DNA of 64,000 nucleotides from Thermodesulfobium acidiphilum (GCF_003057965.1 NZ_CP020921.1:1662916-1726915), one strand, 5' to 3'. Shown: positions 27,195 to 38,763, numbered from the stretch's first letter. Translations and numbers: made by a program. Notes: a model not told the origin generated them from the letters alone.

Positions 27195-29369
27195 ATGAAC
27201 ATTATTCAGAATTTGATTCAAAATTGGTCCGTGAGAAAAAAACTTCTTTCAATTACTTTGCTCAGCTTTTTAATCTTTGGGCTAACACTTATAACCCTTA
27301 CTTCATTTCAATTTTTTGATAATGGGCACAAAAATGTCAAAGAAAAGCTTCACTACGCAATGGATGCATCAAATGAACTTTTAAAAAGCTATATGTTAAG
27401 TTCAAAAAATATGGCAAAACTTCTTTCGGATAGAGAAAGCGTGATAAAGGGCGTAGAAACAAAAAATTTTGACTTATTAAAAACCGTACTTGTTCCTTAC
27501 ATAAAAGAATATAAAGATTTATATATAGTTGTCACTGACAACAAGGGAAATGTAATAATCAGAGCGCACTCTTTAAATACTCCAACAGGTGATTCCATAG
27601 CAAATCAACTAAATATCCAAAAGGCAATTAAAGGAGAAAATACCGTTGGTATTGAAGAAGGGAAGATAGTCAAACTTTCTATTCGTGCAGGTTCTCCAGT
27701 GAGAGACAATAGTGGCAACATCATAGGCGCTGTGAGTGCAGGTTATACGATTTTTGACTCTAACAGGCTTGCAAGCGAAATGAAAAAACTACTAAACATA
27801 GATACTACGTTTACCTTTGGCAATGAAGTAGTTACTTCAACACTTAACAAGGATTTCAAAGGTCAAAAAATTCCTCAAGACATTTATGACAGGCTAACCA
27901 GGGGCGAAAGCTTTATTCAGAGGTTCAATTTTCTTGGTCATGATTATTATAACGTGCTAGTTCCTCTTAAAAACTCAGACAACAAAGTTGTAGGTTCTTA
28001 TATTCTTTCATATCCGCCTTCTCTTATTGACGGTCCTATTTACAACTCTTTAATAATACAAATAATTACGATTATTATTTGTCTCTTAATCGGTCTTTTG
28101 ATAATTGGTATAGGAATAGAATTTATCTTGATTAGACCACTTTCAAGAGCAAAGTCTGATATTGACTGTCTTTCCACAGGAGATCTGTGTTCTGATATAA
28201 GCGTCTCATCTAAGGATGAAATAGGCCAAATTGCTCAGGCATCTTTAAAACTTAGGGATAATTTCTCTGAAATATTACACGATATAAAAGACGTTTTAAA
28301 CGATCTGTCGCAGGCCTCAAACAAATTATCAAACCTCTCTTCTGATGCCAGATATGCCTCAAGCGAAAGCGCAAACTATGCAGAAAAAACTGCTCAAAAT
28401 TCTGAAGAATTGAGCCAAACGTTAGAAAAATTAAATAATCACGTAAATATTTTGCTTGGCGCTATAGAATCAATTGCAAAAGGCGCTGAAGACCAAGCAA
28501 ATTCAGCTTCAAGCGTAGCTGAAAAAATGGGCAAAATTTCAGAAAACGCTCAAATTCTGCTCAAGATTACTAAAGGAGTAGGATCTCTTGCAACAGAAGC
28601 TGAAGAGAAATCAAAAATGGGATCTTTACTAATAGAACAAAACGATTCTTCATCCTTACAAATTTTAAACTCTGTTGAAGACCTTTCAAAGACTATTCTA
28701 TCTCTCTCAGAGAGATCAAACGATATAGTAAAAATAGTAGATATCATATCCCAAATTTCCGAGCAAACAAATCTCTTGGCCTTAAATGCTGCAATTGAAG
28801 CAGCAAGAGCTGGCGATGCAGGAAGAGGTTTTGCAGTAGTAGCAGATGAAGTAAGAAAGCTAGCCGAAGAATCTCAAAGAGCAGCTAAAAATATTGGAGA
28901 ACTGATAGAACAAACCAGAAAAGAGACGACGTTGGCTTCAGATGCAATGAAGGCCACCCTCGAAGAGGTAAAAAAGGGTAGAAATATAACTAAAGATTCA
29001 AAAGAAGCGTTTGAACAGATAAGCCAAAATATCGAAAGGTTGCTTAAAGAAATACAATCGGCTCAAAGCAACGTAGCCAAAGTTGAAGAAGATATTAGAA
29101 GTATAGAAACCAATATCAGTAACCTTGCGGCCCTTTCACAAGAATATACCGCTAGCACTCAAGAAATGAACGCCTCCACAGCGGAGCTAAAAAAAGATAT
29201 AGATGGTCTCTCAGAGATTGCAAAGGAAGGTTCAATTGCAGCCAGTGAAGAATCCGCTCTTGCAAAGGAGTTGAGTTCTATGATGGGAGATGTAGAAAGC
29301 ATTTCAAAGAAATTAAACACTAACGTAGAAAAACTAACCGAAAAAACCTCAAAATTTAAAATATTTTAA
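27195..29369 (+). CDS. Methyl-accepting chemotaxis protein (Cache-TM-HAMP-MCP)
   Basis: Two TMs, [44 protein letters not shown]. Confidence 0.97.
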   Translation: MNIIQNLIQNWSVRKKLLSITLLSFLIFGLTLITLTSFQFFDNGHKNVKEKLHYAMDASNELLKSYMLSSKNMAKLLSDRESVIKGVETKNFDLLKTVLVPYIKEYKDLYIVVTDNKGNVIIRAHSLNTPTGDSIANQLNIQKAIKGENTVGIEEGKIVKLSIRAGSPVRDNSGNIIGAVSAGYTIFDSNRLASEMKKLLNIDTTFTFGNEVVTSTLNKDFKGQKIPQDIYDRLTRGESFIQRFNFLGHDYYNVLVPLKNSDNKVVGSYILSYPPSLIDGPIYNSLIIQIITIIICLLIGLLIIGIGIEFILIRPLSRAKSDIDCLSTGDLCSDISVSSKDEIGQIAQASLKLRDNFSEILHDIKDVLNDLSQASNKLSNLSSDARYASSESANYAEKTAQNSEELSQTLEKLNNHVNILLGAIESIAKGAEDQANSASSVAEKMGKISENAQILLKITKGVGSLATEAEEKSKMGSLLIEQNDSSSLQILNSVEDLSKTILSLSERSNDIVKIVDIISQISEQTNLLALNAAIEAARAGDAGRGFAVVADEVRKLAEESQRAAKNIGELIEQTRKETTLASDAMKATLEEVKKGRNITKDSKEAFEQISQNIERLLKEIQSAQSNVAKVEEDIRSIETNISNLAALSQEYTASTQEMNASTAELKKDIDGLSEIAKEGSIAASEESALAKELSSMMGDVESISKKLNTNVEKLTEKTSKFKIF

Positions 29370-29390
29370 AATATAATTAACTAATTTTTT

Positions 29391-29450
29391 AAAAAACCAT
29401 TGCCTAGCAGTACCTAAGTATTAAGAACAGACGTTGGGCAATGGTTTTTT
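29391..29450 (+). terminator. Long-stem terminator after MCP
   Basis: AAAAAACCATTGCC...GGCAATGGTTTTTT. Confidence 0.75.
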
Positions 29451-29525
29451 GTATATTTTTATTATTAGAAAATTTCGTATAAAATAAGTTATTATTTAAA
29501 CATTCAAATTATTAAGGAGGTTCTA

Positions 29526-30086
29526 ATGAGCATACTTGAAATCATAAAATCAAGAAGGTCTGTTAGAAAATATAAAGATAAAAATGTAGAACCAGAAAAG
29601 ATAGATCGTCTAATAGAAGCTGCTATATGGGCTCCAAGCGCTATGAATTCCCAACCATGGGCTTTTACAGTAATTCAAGATCGATCAACTCTAAAAGTTT
29701 TATCAGATAATTCAAAAAAATTTCTTATTGAAAATATGAATAAGTTTAAGGTCCTTGAAAAGTATAAATCTATGTTAGAAAAGGATGACTACAATATTTT
29801 TTATAATGCACCAGCTTTAATAACTATTTATGCCAAAAGTTATGGCCTATATCCCAAAGAGGATTGCGCACTTGCAGCAGAAAACCTTATGCTTGAAGCT
29901 CACGCTATTGGCCTTGGAACCTGCTGGATAGGATTTGCAAGAGAGTATATGGATCTGGAAGAAACAAAAACAAAGTTCAATGTGCCCTTAGACTATAGCG
30001 TTGTAGCGCCTATAATTGTAGGATATCCGGAAATATTACCAGCTCATGGTACAAGAAATAGTCCTATAATACTTTATAGAAAATAA
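29526..30086 (+). CDS. Nitroreductase family protein
   Basis: RRSVRKY, APSAMNSQPW, GLGTCWIG. Confidence 0.93.
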   Translation: MSILEIIKSRRSVRKYKDKNVEPEKIDRLIEAAIWAPSAMNSQPWAFTVIQDRSTLKVLSDNSKKFLIENMNKFKVLEKYKSMLEKDDYNIFYNAPALITIYAKSYGLYPKEDCALAAENLMLEAHAIGLGTCWIGFAREYMDLEETKTKFNVPLDYSVVAPIIVGYPEILPAHGTRNSPIILYRK

Positions 30087-30104
30087 AAATTAAGGAGGAA
30101 AGAT

Positions 30105-31280
30105 ATGAACTGTAAGTTAGCAGATTCACTATACGATATTGGAGCATTAGACTGGGAGATAAGAGATTTTCATGGAGTATATACTCCGCAGGGCAGCAAG
30201 TACAATTCATTTCTTCTCCTAGACGAAAAGATTGCCATTATAGATAGCGTAAAAGAGTGCTACGGCAAAGAAGCAATATGCAAAATAAAAGAAATAATAA
30301 AAGAAAGAGACGTAGACTATCTTGTATCTTTACACACAGAACCAGATCATGCGGGATCAATAATAGAGTATTTTAAAGAGTTCAAAAATATTAAATTAGT
30401 ATGCCTAGAAAAGAATTATGAGTTTATAAAAAATTTTTTGCCAGATCTTGACGATTCAAAAATTTTAGTCCTAAAATCTGGAGAAAGTTTGTCGCTTGGT
30501 GAAAAAACCCTAATCCTAAAATCTCTTCCAATGACCCACTGGCCTGATACCACAAGCGTTTACGTTCCAGAAAAGGGTTGGCTTTTTACTTCAGACTTCT
30601 TCGGGAGCCTTATCTCTATCTCAAGGCCATTTTACGATCAACTACAGTCAGACATATATCCTTTTATAAGAGACTATTTTGCTTTCTTAATGAGACCATT
30701 TGAATCGCTTACAAAAAAGGCTCTTGACTACTATAAATCCCTTAATCCTACCATGATACTGCCTGCACACGGGCCGTTTTATAGAAAACCAGAAGACATA
30801 AAATATATTTTTGAGATTACTGAGAAATTAATAAACGACCCAACAGAAAACAAGGTGATAATTGTTTATACAACCATGTGGCACACAACCGAAAAGATGG
30901 CAAAACTAATTTCTGAAGGAGCAGGATGCAAAGATGATTGTGAAGTAAAGGTTTTTGACCTAAGAATAGATCCTGTTTCTGTCATTATGGGAGAAATTAT
31001 GACGTGTAAAGCCTTTGCTATAGGCTCACCAACAGTTTATAACGGAGTATTTCCGAACATATTGCCATTGCTGAGATTAATGAGGCTTCTTAGACTAAAA
31101 GGCAAAAAAGCAGTCATATTTGGCTCCTACGGTTGGTCCGGAGGTGCCGTGAAAGAAATAGAAGAAGCCATAAAGCCTCTTGGTGTAGAAGTGATAGAAA
31201 AAATTGAAACAAGATTTTCTTTAAAGCCAGAAGAGATAAAAAAGTGCCTGGAAGTTGGCAAAATGCTGTCTGAGTTATAA
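30105..31280 (+). CDS. fprA: Flavodiiron protein (FprA/A-type flavoprotein)
   Basis: HTEPDH, HWPD, SDFFG, PAHG, flavodoxin domain GSPT and FGSYGWSGGAV. Confidence 0.92.
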   Translation: MNCKLADSLYDIGALDWEIRDFHGVYTPQGSKYNSFLLLDEKIAIIDSVKECYGKEAICKIKEIIKERDVDYLVSLHTEPDHAGSIIEYFKEFKNIKLVCLEKNYEFIKNFLPDLDDSKILVLKSGESLSLGEKTLILKSLPMTHWPDTTSVYVPEKGWLFTSDFFGSLISISRPFYDQLQSDIYPFIRDYFAFLMRPFESLTKKALDYYKSLNPTMILPAHGPFYRKPEDIKYIFEITEKLINDPTENKVIIVYTTMWHTTEKMAKLISEGAGCKDDCEVKVFDLRIDPVSVIMGEIMTCKAFAIGSPTVYNGVFPNILPLLRLMRLLRLKGKKAVIFGSYGWSGGAVKEIEEAIKPLGVEVIEKIETRFSLKPEEIKKCLEVGKMLSEL

Positions 31281-31282
31281 CC

Positions 31283-32905
31283 ATGAAAAGAACACAGAGA
31301 AAAATAGAATTATACGATACAACTTTAAGAGACGGTGCTCAACGGGAAGGAATATCTCTAACTCTAGAGGACAAATTAAAAATAGTTAAGAGATTAGATG
31401 ATTTTGGTATAGATTATATCGAAGCAGGCTGGCCAGGATCTAATCCAAAAGATGAAAAATTTTTTGAACAGGCAAGGGACTTAAAACTTAACTTTTCTAA
31501 ACTGGTTGCCTTTGGTTCAACTAGAAAGGCAAATACGTCTACAGAAAGTGATAAAAATGTAATATCACTTTTGAACGCCAATACAAATGTCATCACAATA
31601 TTTGGAAAATCCTGGGATCTTCACGTTAAAGAAGCCTTAAAAACCACTCTTGATGAAAACTTAAATATGGTCTCAGATACAATATCATATCTTAATTCAA
31701 AAGGAAAATCAGTCTTCTTCGACGCAGAACATTTTTTCGACGGCTTCAAAAATAATAAAGAGTATGCGCTTGCAGTCCTAAAAAGGGCAAAAGATGCAAA
31801 AGCAAAAAGAATAATTCTGGCAGACACAAATGGTGGCACTTTGCCAGATGAAATTAGAGAAATAATAAGAGAAGTAAAATCTTATTTAGGTAAAAATGCT
31901 ATTCTTGGGATTCACTGTCACAATGACAGCGAGCTTGCTGTAGCAAATTCAATTGTAGCTGTACAAGAAGGGATATTACAGGTTCAGGGTACAATAAATG
32001 GTTTTGGAGAAAGAGCAGGTAATGCAAATCTTTGCTCTTTAATTCCAATCTTACAGCTAAAAATGAAAATTCCTCTCTTTGAAGAGGAAAAACTAAAGGC
32101 TCTAACTCCTCTTTCTAGATTTATAGACGAGATAGCCAATATAACGCCGAATGATCATCAGCCATTTGTAGGAAAATCGGTGTTTGCTCACAAGGGAGGC
32201 ATACATGTAAGTGCAGTACTATCAAATCCTAAGACTTACGAACACATAGATCCCGAATTAATTGGGAACAAAAGAAGGGTAGTAATTTCTGAACTTTCAG
32301 GCACCAGCAACATAATATTCAAGGCAAAGGAAATGGGAATAGATTTAAACAAAAACAGACCTGAAACAAGAAAGATATTATCAACTATTAAAGAACTTGA
32401 AAACCAAGGATATCAATTTGAAGCAGCTGAGGCGTCTTTTGAGATACTCTTGTGGAAGGGCCTTTGCAAAACTGATGAATTATTCGATCTTATATATTGG
32501 AAAACAACAGTAGAATATAATGAAAGGCTAAAGGAAATTTATGCAGAAGCAGTAATAAAGTTAATTGTGGAAGGCAAAATTAGCCACAGCGTCGGGGATG
32601 GAAACGGACCAGTTAATGCAATGGACAAGGCCCTTAGATCAGCTTTATCTAATCATTTTCCATCTCTTGAAAAGATACACCTATCTGATTATAGAGTCCG
32701 AGTTCTCGGAGGAAGTTCTGGCACTGGAGCAGGGGTAAGAGTTTTAATAGATCATACAGACTCAGAAGAAACCTGGACAACGCTTGGAGTATCAAGCAAT
32801 GTTATTGAAGCAAGCTACATTGCTCTGGTAGACGGCATAGAGTATGGATTGAGAAAGGAAAAGATAAGAAAGGACCTAAAAGAAATATCTAAAAAATTCC
32901 AATGA
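31283..32905 (+). CDS. cimA: Citramalate synthase (LeuA-like)
   Basis: YDTTLRDGAQREG, GWPGSNPKD, FDAEHFFDG, HCHND, FAHKGGIHV. Confidence 0.9.
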   Translation: MKRTQRKIELYDTTLRDGAQREGISLTLEDKLKIVKRLDDFGIDYIEAGWPGSNPKDEKFFEQARDLKLNFSKLVAFGSTRKANTSTESDKNVISLLNANTNVITIFGKSWDLHVKEALKTTLDENLNMVSDTISYLNSKGKSVFFDAEHFFDGFKNNKEYALAVLKRAKDAKAKRIILADTNGGTLPDEIREIIREVKSYLGKNAILGIHCHNDSELAVANSIVAVQEGILQVQGTINGFGERAGNANLCSLIPILQLKMKIPLFEEEKLKALTPLSRFIDEIANITPNDHQPFVGKSVFAHKGGIHVSAVLSNPKTYEHIDPELIGNKRRVVISELSGTSNIIFKAKEMGIDLNKNRPETRKILSTIKELENQGYQFEAAEASFEILLWKGLCKTDELFDLIYWKTTVEYNERLKEIYAEAVIKLIVEGKISHSVGDGNGPVNAMDKALRSALSNHFPSLEKIHLSDYRVRVLGGSSGTGAGVRVLIDHTDSEETWTTLGVSSNVIEASYIALVDGIEYGLRKEKIRKDLKEISKKFQ

Positions 32906-33447
32906 AAAATAGATTTTTGTTTTTCTCTACTATTGGAGAACTCTTTCTTCTTGCTGTAAGCGTTTTTATTTTGAAAAAATTCCAACAGATGCCAGATTTT
33001 TACATTGATTCACTAGGAATTTACACCTCTGTGTTAGTCGGGGTTCTGGTTTTTTTATTGGGTTTTTATATTTCAAAAGTTTTTTTGTTTGCAAAAAGAA
33101 TAGACCAAGTGTTATACATCAATGTATTTAAACAAGCCAGCATTTTAGAAATGTTTTACATATCAGTTCTTAGCGCCTTTTCTGAAGAGATGTTTTTCAG
33201 GGGTCTAATGCAGGAGTTTCTTGGGATATATGCAGCGTCTATTTTCTTTGGGATACTACATACCCCTGAAATAAGTATTAAAGGTTTGTTTTATGCAATT
33301 TACATTTCTTTTATCGGCTTCATTTTAGGAGTGCTCTATACCCAACAGAGCAGTATACTTGCCCCAATGATCGCCCACTTTATAATAAACTTCTTAGGAA
33401 TCATCCATTTAACTCTTTATAACAAGTTTTTAAAAGGGAAAGACTAA
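32902..33447 (+). CDS. CPBP (CAAX/Abi) family intramembrane metalloprotease
   Basis: EEMFFRG, FGILH, AHFIIN. Confidence 0.9.
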   Translation: MKNRFLFFSTIGELFLLAVSVFILKKFQQMPDFYIDSLGIYTSVLVGVLVFLLGFYISKVFLFAKRIDQVLYINVFKQASILEMFYISVLSAFSEEMFFRGLMQEFLGIYAASIFFGILHTPEISIKGLFYAIYISFIGFILGVLYTQQSSILAPMIAHFIINFLGIIHLTLYNKFLKGKD

Positions 33448-33509
33448 TTTCTATCTTCATGTTAGAAATTATTAAAAAGGCAAAGGTAGTTTAATTAAAA
33501 TATATAAAC

Positions 33510-33536
33510 AATTCTTATAAAAGGTTTATAAGAATT
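33510..33536. promoter_or_regulatory. Perfect 12-3-12 palindrome, candidate operator
   Basis: AATTCTTATAAA-AGG-TTTATAAGAATT. Confidence 0.55.
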
Positions 33537-33572
33537 TATTCAAAATTCAAAATTTTTTGATATAATACTTTC

Positions 33573-33628
33573 TGGGTTCCCCCCACAGCACGGCCATGAA
33601 GGTAAGACTTACTTCATGGCCTCTTTCA
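33573..33628 (+). ncRNA. Candidate C-rich small RNA
   Basis: TGaTATAAT at 33558-33566, then GGGTTCCCCCCACAGCAC and hairpin GGCCATGAAG...CTTCATGGCC with pyrimidine tail; GC-rich island in an AT-rich intergenic region. Confidence 0.55.
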
Positions 33629-33639
33629 TTGTAAGAAAT

Positions 33640-34695
33640 TTATAAAATCCTTAATAATCCTAATATTATCTCTACGAATATTAAGACAACAATTGTAATT
33701 TCCAAAAAGTTTGCAATCTTTTGAAAAAAGTCTTCACGTAAAAGCTGATATATGTCTGAAAGAGTCTTAAGATTTCTCTCTAGAGAATTTTCCCACTCTG
33801 ACACGTGAAGCTTCAATCCTAGAGATTTATAAATTCTTGCAAGATATAAATCTCCTATCAACTTTAGAGCATTATCTAGCCTTTCTCTATTAAGTGAAAC
33901 ATTTAAGAAGAAAAGGCTTATTTCTTTTATTGGCGGAAGAAAAATTGATTTTTTCTCAATTATTGATTCGAAGTAGTCCAAACTTTTATCAAGTATTCTA
34001 TCTAACGCTCTAATTTGAGCTAATTCAACCTGACTAAATTCAATAATCTCTAAAATATCTTCATAGTCAGCATCGATAACAAAAGAAGCATTGTAATCTA
34101 TGATAACCATATCAAATTCATAGTAACTAAGAACTATCTGAGTAGCTTCATCTATTTCCATCTGAGAAAGATTTTCCTTTTCCATTCTAAGTATATGCGC
34201 TAGAGTTTCTCTATTTTTTTTAAGAAATTCATAAGGTTTAGAATTAATCTCATCAGTTTGAAATACTATGTAGTCTTCATAAATTAGTTCGTCAAAAGGC
34301 TTTTTTAGAGTCTTGGCCAAATAATTTTTAAGTTCAGATACATAACTTAAAACTTTTTCTTCAAGATTGCTATCAAAGAGATCTGAAGAAATATGCTTTA
34401 AATTCACGAATTCAGTCTTACCGTTCCACAAAAGCGAGATTGACACTGCTCCAAAATCAAAAATTTTAAGATTTATATTTGATGGATAAAAATCATCAAT
34501 GATGTCAAAGTCAAAAGGGATATCTAAATTTACAGTAATAGGGGGAGTTTCATATTGAAGCCTTTTGGGAGTGGATTTCGATCTCCTAAAATTAACCCTT
34601 TTTGAAGCATTAAGAAGATTTTGCGCAAGCGCAAGGTTTATTTCTTCAGCTATGTAAAAAGAATAGATTGAAAATATTTTTCCCCTGAATTCCAT
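33640..34695 (-). CDS. Conserved hypothetical protein, RMD1/DUF155-like with C-terminal TM
   Basis: IFDFGAVS, IGDLYLARIY, LEITIVVLIFVEI. Confidence 0.65.
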   Translation of the reverse strand: MEFRGKIFSIYSFYIAEEINLALAQNLLNASKRVNFRRSKSTPKRLQYETPPITVNLDIPFDFDIIDDFYPSNINLKIFDFGAVSISLLWNGKTEFVNLKHISSDLFDSNLEEKVLSYVSELKNYLAKTLKKPFDELIYEDYIVFQTDEINSKPYEFLKKNRETLAHILRMEKENLSQMEIDEATQIVLSYYEFDMVIIDYNASFVIDADYEDILEIIEFSQVELAQIRALDRILDKSLDYFESIIEKKSIFLPPIKEISLFFLNVSLNRERLDNALKLIGDLYLARIYKSLGLKLHVSEWENSLERNLKTLSDIYQLLREDFFQKIANFLEITIVVLIFVEIILGLLRIL

Positions 34696-34787
34696 GATCT
34701 GATTTTACTACTAAAATTAAACAAAACAAATATGAAAATAAATTTTATTAAATTCGAAAAACAAAGAAAAAATATATCGTTAAAATT

Positions 34788-35204
34788 TTAATTGACAACC
34801 TCAAAATTCTTTACATCAATTTCGTTATAAAAAGTATATTTTCCAACCTGCTTGATATTATAGTATCTTCCACTTAATTTCAAAATATCATTATTTTTTA
34901 TTGGAAGCCATCCAAAAGAAAAGCAATTATAAAAGTTACCATTCTTTGTCTTTATCTTAAAAGTGGTATACTTATTTCCCATTCTTGATGTTCTAAACTT
35001 TACATCATATACCCTCCCCTTAACTTTAATATTTCTGAATTCTTCTAAACGTTTAGTATTTTCATAAGTATTTTTGGGATAATTATTGTACTTTTGGTAA
35101 AAATTAGTTCTATCATTACTAAAACTTCTATAAAAGAACAAGCCTACCAAAAGAAATAAGATAGTCAGTATCCAAAAAATTCTTTTATTTTTTAAAAAAG
35201 GCAT
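34788..35204 (-). CDS. Membrane-anchored OB-fold-like hypothetical protein
   Basis: N-terminal TM; IKVKGRV..SRMGNKYTTF..FYNEIDV. Confidence 0.6.
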   Translation of the reverse strand: MPFLKNKRIFWILTILFLLVGLFFYRSFSNDRTNFYQKYNNYPKNTYENTKRLEEFRNIKVKGRVYDVKFRTSRMGNKYTTFKIKTKNGNFYNCFSFGWLPIKNNDILKLSGRYYNIKQVGKYTFYNEIDVKNFEVVN

Positions 35205-35424
35205 TTAATTTCCCCCAAATATTTTTTAAAATATAATTCTAAAGTTTCGTTTTATTTTAATGCCAAAAGAAAGATACACCGCTTAATGTAAGAATAACAC
35301 AAATAATATTATTATTTTTTTAGATTCTTTTAAAAATTATAGACAGGAGTCTAATTCAATTTTAATTTGAAAAAAGTATATTTTCTTGTTAAAATATAAT
35401 AACTGAAAAGTAGGAGAAATTGTC

Positions 35425-35973
35425 TTGAAATATATATTTTTTATCGTGTTGTTAATCGGAATCTTAGCTTTATCTGGATGCGGCCAAAGGGTTGAACAAA
35501 AGGAAACTATAAGAAACGAAAGTGAAAATCAACTAATAGGCAAATTAGCTCCAAACTTCAAACTTAAGGATATGGCTGGTTTTGAAGTAAATTTATCGCA
35601 GTATAGAGGAAAACCATTATTACTGGTTTTTTGGGCAACATGGTGTCCACATTGCAGAGTAGAGATGCCGCAAATCAACAAATTATATAAATCATTTAAA
35701 GAAGATGTGCTGGTATTTGGAATTAATGAAGAAGACGAAGAAAGTAGAATTTTGAAGTTTATGAGCGATTATCCTTTATCGTTTCCTATACTTCCCGACA
35801 AAAACGGTGAAGTGGCAAGATTATATAAAGTTAATTCAATTCCTGCAGTATTTTTTATAGATCCGTCAGGAGTTATAAGGAATGTCGATGTTGGCGAAAC
35901 AAGTATAACTACTATTGAAAATTGGTTAAAACCATATGTAAAGGAGGTAAGATCAAATGGGAGATCAAATTAA
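35425..35973 (+). CDS. TlpA/ResA-family thiol-disulfide oxidoreductase lipoprotein
   Basis: Lipobox LSGC, APNFKL, FWATWCPHC. Confidence 0.92.
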   Translation: MKYIFFIVLLIGILALSGCGQRVEQKETIRNESENQLIGKLAPNFKLKDMAGFEVNLSQYRGKPLLLVFWATWCPHCRVEMPQINKLYKSFKEDVLVFGINEEDEESRILKFMSDYPLSFPILPDKNGEVARLYKVNSIPAVFFIDPSGVIRNVDVGETSITTIENWLKPYVKEVRSNGRSN

Positions 35974-36811
35974 AACCTTCTTACTACTTGGATTGCTAAG
36001 CGTTATTTTGATTAGTATGGGAGGCTTAATAGGCGGAAAGGGTGGCCTTTTAATAGCTTTTTTAATCGCATTAAGTATGAACTTTATCTCTTACTGGTTT
36101 TCTGACAAAATTGTTTTAAAAATGACTGGTGCCAGAGAAGTCTCAAGGGATGAAGCACCAATACTTCACGATATTGTCGAAGAACTTGCATACAGAGCAA
36201 ATATCCCAAAACCAAAAGTATATATTACCAATGACCCTTCGCCTAATGCCTTTGCAACTGGCAGGGATCCTGAACACTCAGCAGTAGCAGTAACCAGTGG
36301 CATACTAAAAATTCTTGATGCAAGGGAATTAAAAGGCGTTTTAGGACACGAAATTGGACACATAAAGCACAGAGATATCTTAATATCCAGTCTGGCAGCT
36401 GTACTGGCTTCTACAATAACCTTTGTAGCAGATATGGCACGATGGGCAATGTTTTTTGGCATTGATAGAGAAAGAGATGATAACAATAATCCTATAGCTC
36501 TTGTAGGAAGCATATTAATGCTAATACTTGCCCCAATCGCAGCTATGCTCATTCAATTTGCTATTTCAAGATCTAGAGAATTTCTTGCTGATGAAGAGGG
36601 AGCAAAGCTCTCACGCGATCCTGATGCTTTAGCCGATGCATTAGAAAAATTACATAGAGGAGTAGAATTAATCCCATCAGATGTCTCTCCTGCTCTCTCT
36701 CATATGTATATAGTAAATCCTTTAAAAGGTGATTTTATTGCTAACCTGTTCAGTACTCACCCCCCTTTTGAAGAGAGAATAAGAAGGCTAAGAAATATGA
36801 GAATTTACTAG
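35957..36811 (+). CDS. htpX: Zinc metalloprotease HtpX
   Basis: [28 protein letters not shown]. Confidence 0.96.
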   Translation: MGDQIKTFLLLGLLSVILISMGGLIGGKGGLLIAFLIALSMNFISYWFSDKIVLKMTGAREVSRDEAPILHDIVEELAYRANIPKPKVYITNDPSPNAFATGRDPEHSAVAVTSGILKILDARELKGVLGHEIGHIKHRDILISSLAAVLASTITFVADMARWAMFFGIDRERDDNNNPIALVGSILMLILAPIAAMLIQFAISRSREFLADEEGAKLSRDPDALADALEKLHRGVELIPSDVSPALSHMYIVNPLKGDFIANLFSTHPPFEERIRRLRNMRIY

Positions 36812-36854
36812 TTTTTATAATTTAAAGCTAATATCTTATTTAAGGAGATTAATT

Positions 36855-37421
36855 TTGGATCAGGAAAAAATAAAAAAAGCAGTTTACGATATATTGATAG
36901 CAATTGGGGAGGATCCAAACAGAGAAGGGTTGAAGGACACGCCTGAGAGAATAGCAAGGATGTATGAGGAAATATTTTCAGGTATAAACGAAGACCCACT
37001 TTCAGTGCTCAACGTTGAATATCACGAAAATACTGATGAAATGGTATTAATAAAAGATATACCATTTTATTCAATATGTGAACACCATCTTATTCCTTTT
37101 ATTGGCAGGGCTCACGTCGCCTATCTTCCAAAAGACGGCAGGGTTGTAGGGCTTTCTAAAATTGCAAGAGTTGTAGATATACTATCAAAAAAGCCTCAAC
37201 TTCAAGAAAGGTTAACATCAGACATTGCCAAAACAATAATGAAAGGGCTTAACCCTTTAGGAGTAGCAGTCGTAGTAGAAGCCGAACATCTTTGCATGAG
37301 CATGAGAGGAATAAAAAAACCAGGACACACTACTGTTACTTCTGCTTTAAGAGGCGCATTTAAGGCCTCTTCTTCAACGAGATCTGAAGTGCTTAGCCTG
37401 ATCTTCGGGAGACTTATATGA
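36855..37421 (+). CDS. folE: GTP cyclohydrolase I
   Basis: [31 protein letters not shown]. Confidence 0.97.
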   Translation: MDQEKIKKAVYDILIAIGEDPNREGLKDTPERIARMYEEIFSGINEDPLSVLNVEYHENTDEMVLIKDIPFYSICEHHLIPFIGRAHVAYLPKDGRVVGLSKIARVVDILSKKPQLQERLTSDIAKTIMKGLNPLGVAVVVEAEHLCMSMRGIKKPGHTTVTSALRGAFKASSSTRSEVLSLIFGRLI

Positions 37422-38257
37422 TATTTAAAGCACGTAACAAAAGTTTTGATTTGAAAAAAACTATTATCTTTGGGATTTTAAACGTAACACCTGATTCATT
37501 TTATGACGGCGGCAGGTGGTTTAACCCTGATAATGCAATAAAAAGAGCCTTCGAAATGATTGAAGAAGGTGCAGATATAATTGATTTAGGCGGAGAATCT
37601 ACAAGACCTTTTACAGATCCTACACCGTTAGATGTAGAATTAGAGAGAATCCTGCCCGTTTTAAAAGAACTGGTCAAAAATAATATAAGCGTTTCGGTTG
37701 ACACTTACAAACCAGAAGTAGCGAAAATTGCTCTAGAAGAAGGTGCTATTGTAATCAATGATGTCTTTGGTCTCAGATCTAAAGGTATGCTAGAGATAAT
37801 TTCTACATTTAATCCTAAGCCTGGCATAATCATAATGCACATGAAAAAAAACCCTAAAGAGATGCAGGTTAATCCTGAGTATAACAATATCTTTAGCGAA
37901 ATCTCAGAATTTTTACACACTCAAGCAAAAAAGGCTATAAAAGCTGGTTTTACAAAAGAGAACATACTTTTAGATGTTGGCCTTGGCTTTGGAAAAAGTT
38001 TTGAGGATAATTTAAAACTATGTTCAAATTACGAAAGGTTTTTAGAAGACAATTTTCTCCACATCATAGGTCCTTCCAGAAAAAGTTTTACGGGACTTGT
38101 TTCAAATGGCGTTCCTACTGAGGATAGACTACCAGCAACTATTAGCTTATCTAGTATATGTGTTTACAAAGGGGTACATGCACTTAGAGTTCACGATGTA
38201 AAGGAAATAAGACTTGCTTGTGATATGGCTGAAGAAATGAGAAAAATATCTATTTAA
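37418..38257 (+). CDS. folP: Dihydropteroate synthase
   Basis: [33 protein letters not shown]. Confidence 0.96.
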   Translation: MIFKARNKSFDLKKTIIFGILNVTPDSFYDGGRWFNPDNAIKRAFEMIEEGADIIDLGGESTRPFTDPTPLDVELERILPVLKELVKNNISVSVDTYKPEVAKIALEEGAIVINDVFGLRSKGMLEIISTFNPKPGIIIMHMKKNPKEMQVNPEYNNIFSEISEFLHTQAKKAIKAGFTKENILLDVGLGFGKSFEDNLKLCSNYERFLEDNFLHIIGPSRKSFTGLVSNGVPTEDRLPATISLSSICVYKGVHALRVHDVKEIRLACDMAEEMRKISI

Positions 38258-38763
38258 TGCCATTTGCCTATTTATCTCTTGGATCGAATATTGGGTATAG
38301 AAAGGAGTATTTTAAGAAAGCAATAAAGTTTTTAAGAAAAAGCTGTTGTGAGGTTGTAACCATTTCACACACATACACTACAGATCCTCTAGAAATTACC
38401 AATCAACCATACTTTACAAACTGTTTAATAATAGTTAAAACAAAGCTGTCACCTATGTCACTCCTTTATTTGTGCAAACATATAGAAAAGGAAATAGGCA
38501 GGTTTAAGACATTCAGATATGGTCCGAGAGTTATTGACATTGATATATTAAGTTATAATTATTGTATGGGAAATACTGATATGATAAAAACATTAAATTT
38601 TTCTTATAGCATAGTGAGCAAAGAGTTGACCATTCCACACCCAAAGAATGTGGAAAGGGGTTATATTAATGTTTTATTTAATGATGTTCTAGGAAATCCT
38701 TATAAGAAATTACAAGGAGTAAATAGAGGGGATAAAATTGGCCACAGAGCTAGTAGAAGTTAA
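38257..38763 (+). CDS. folK: HPPK (2-amino-4-hydroxy-6-hydroxymethyldihydropteridine diphosphokinase)
   Basis: LSLGSNIG, RYGPRVIDIDIL, LTIPHP. Confidence 0.93.
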   Translation: MPFAYLSLGSNIGYRKEYFKKAIKFLRKSCCEVVTISHTYTTDPLEITNQPYFTNCLIIVKTKLSPMSLLYLCKHIEKEIGRFKTFRYGPRVIDIDILSYNYCMGNTDMIKTLNFSYSIVSKELTIPHPKNVERGYINVLFNDVLGNPYKKLQGVNRGDKIGHRASRS

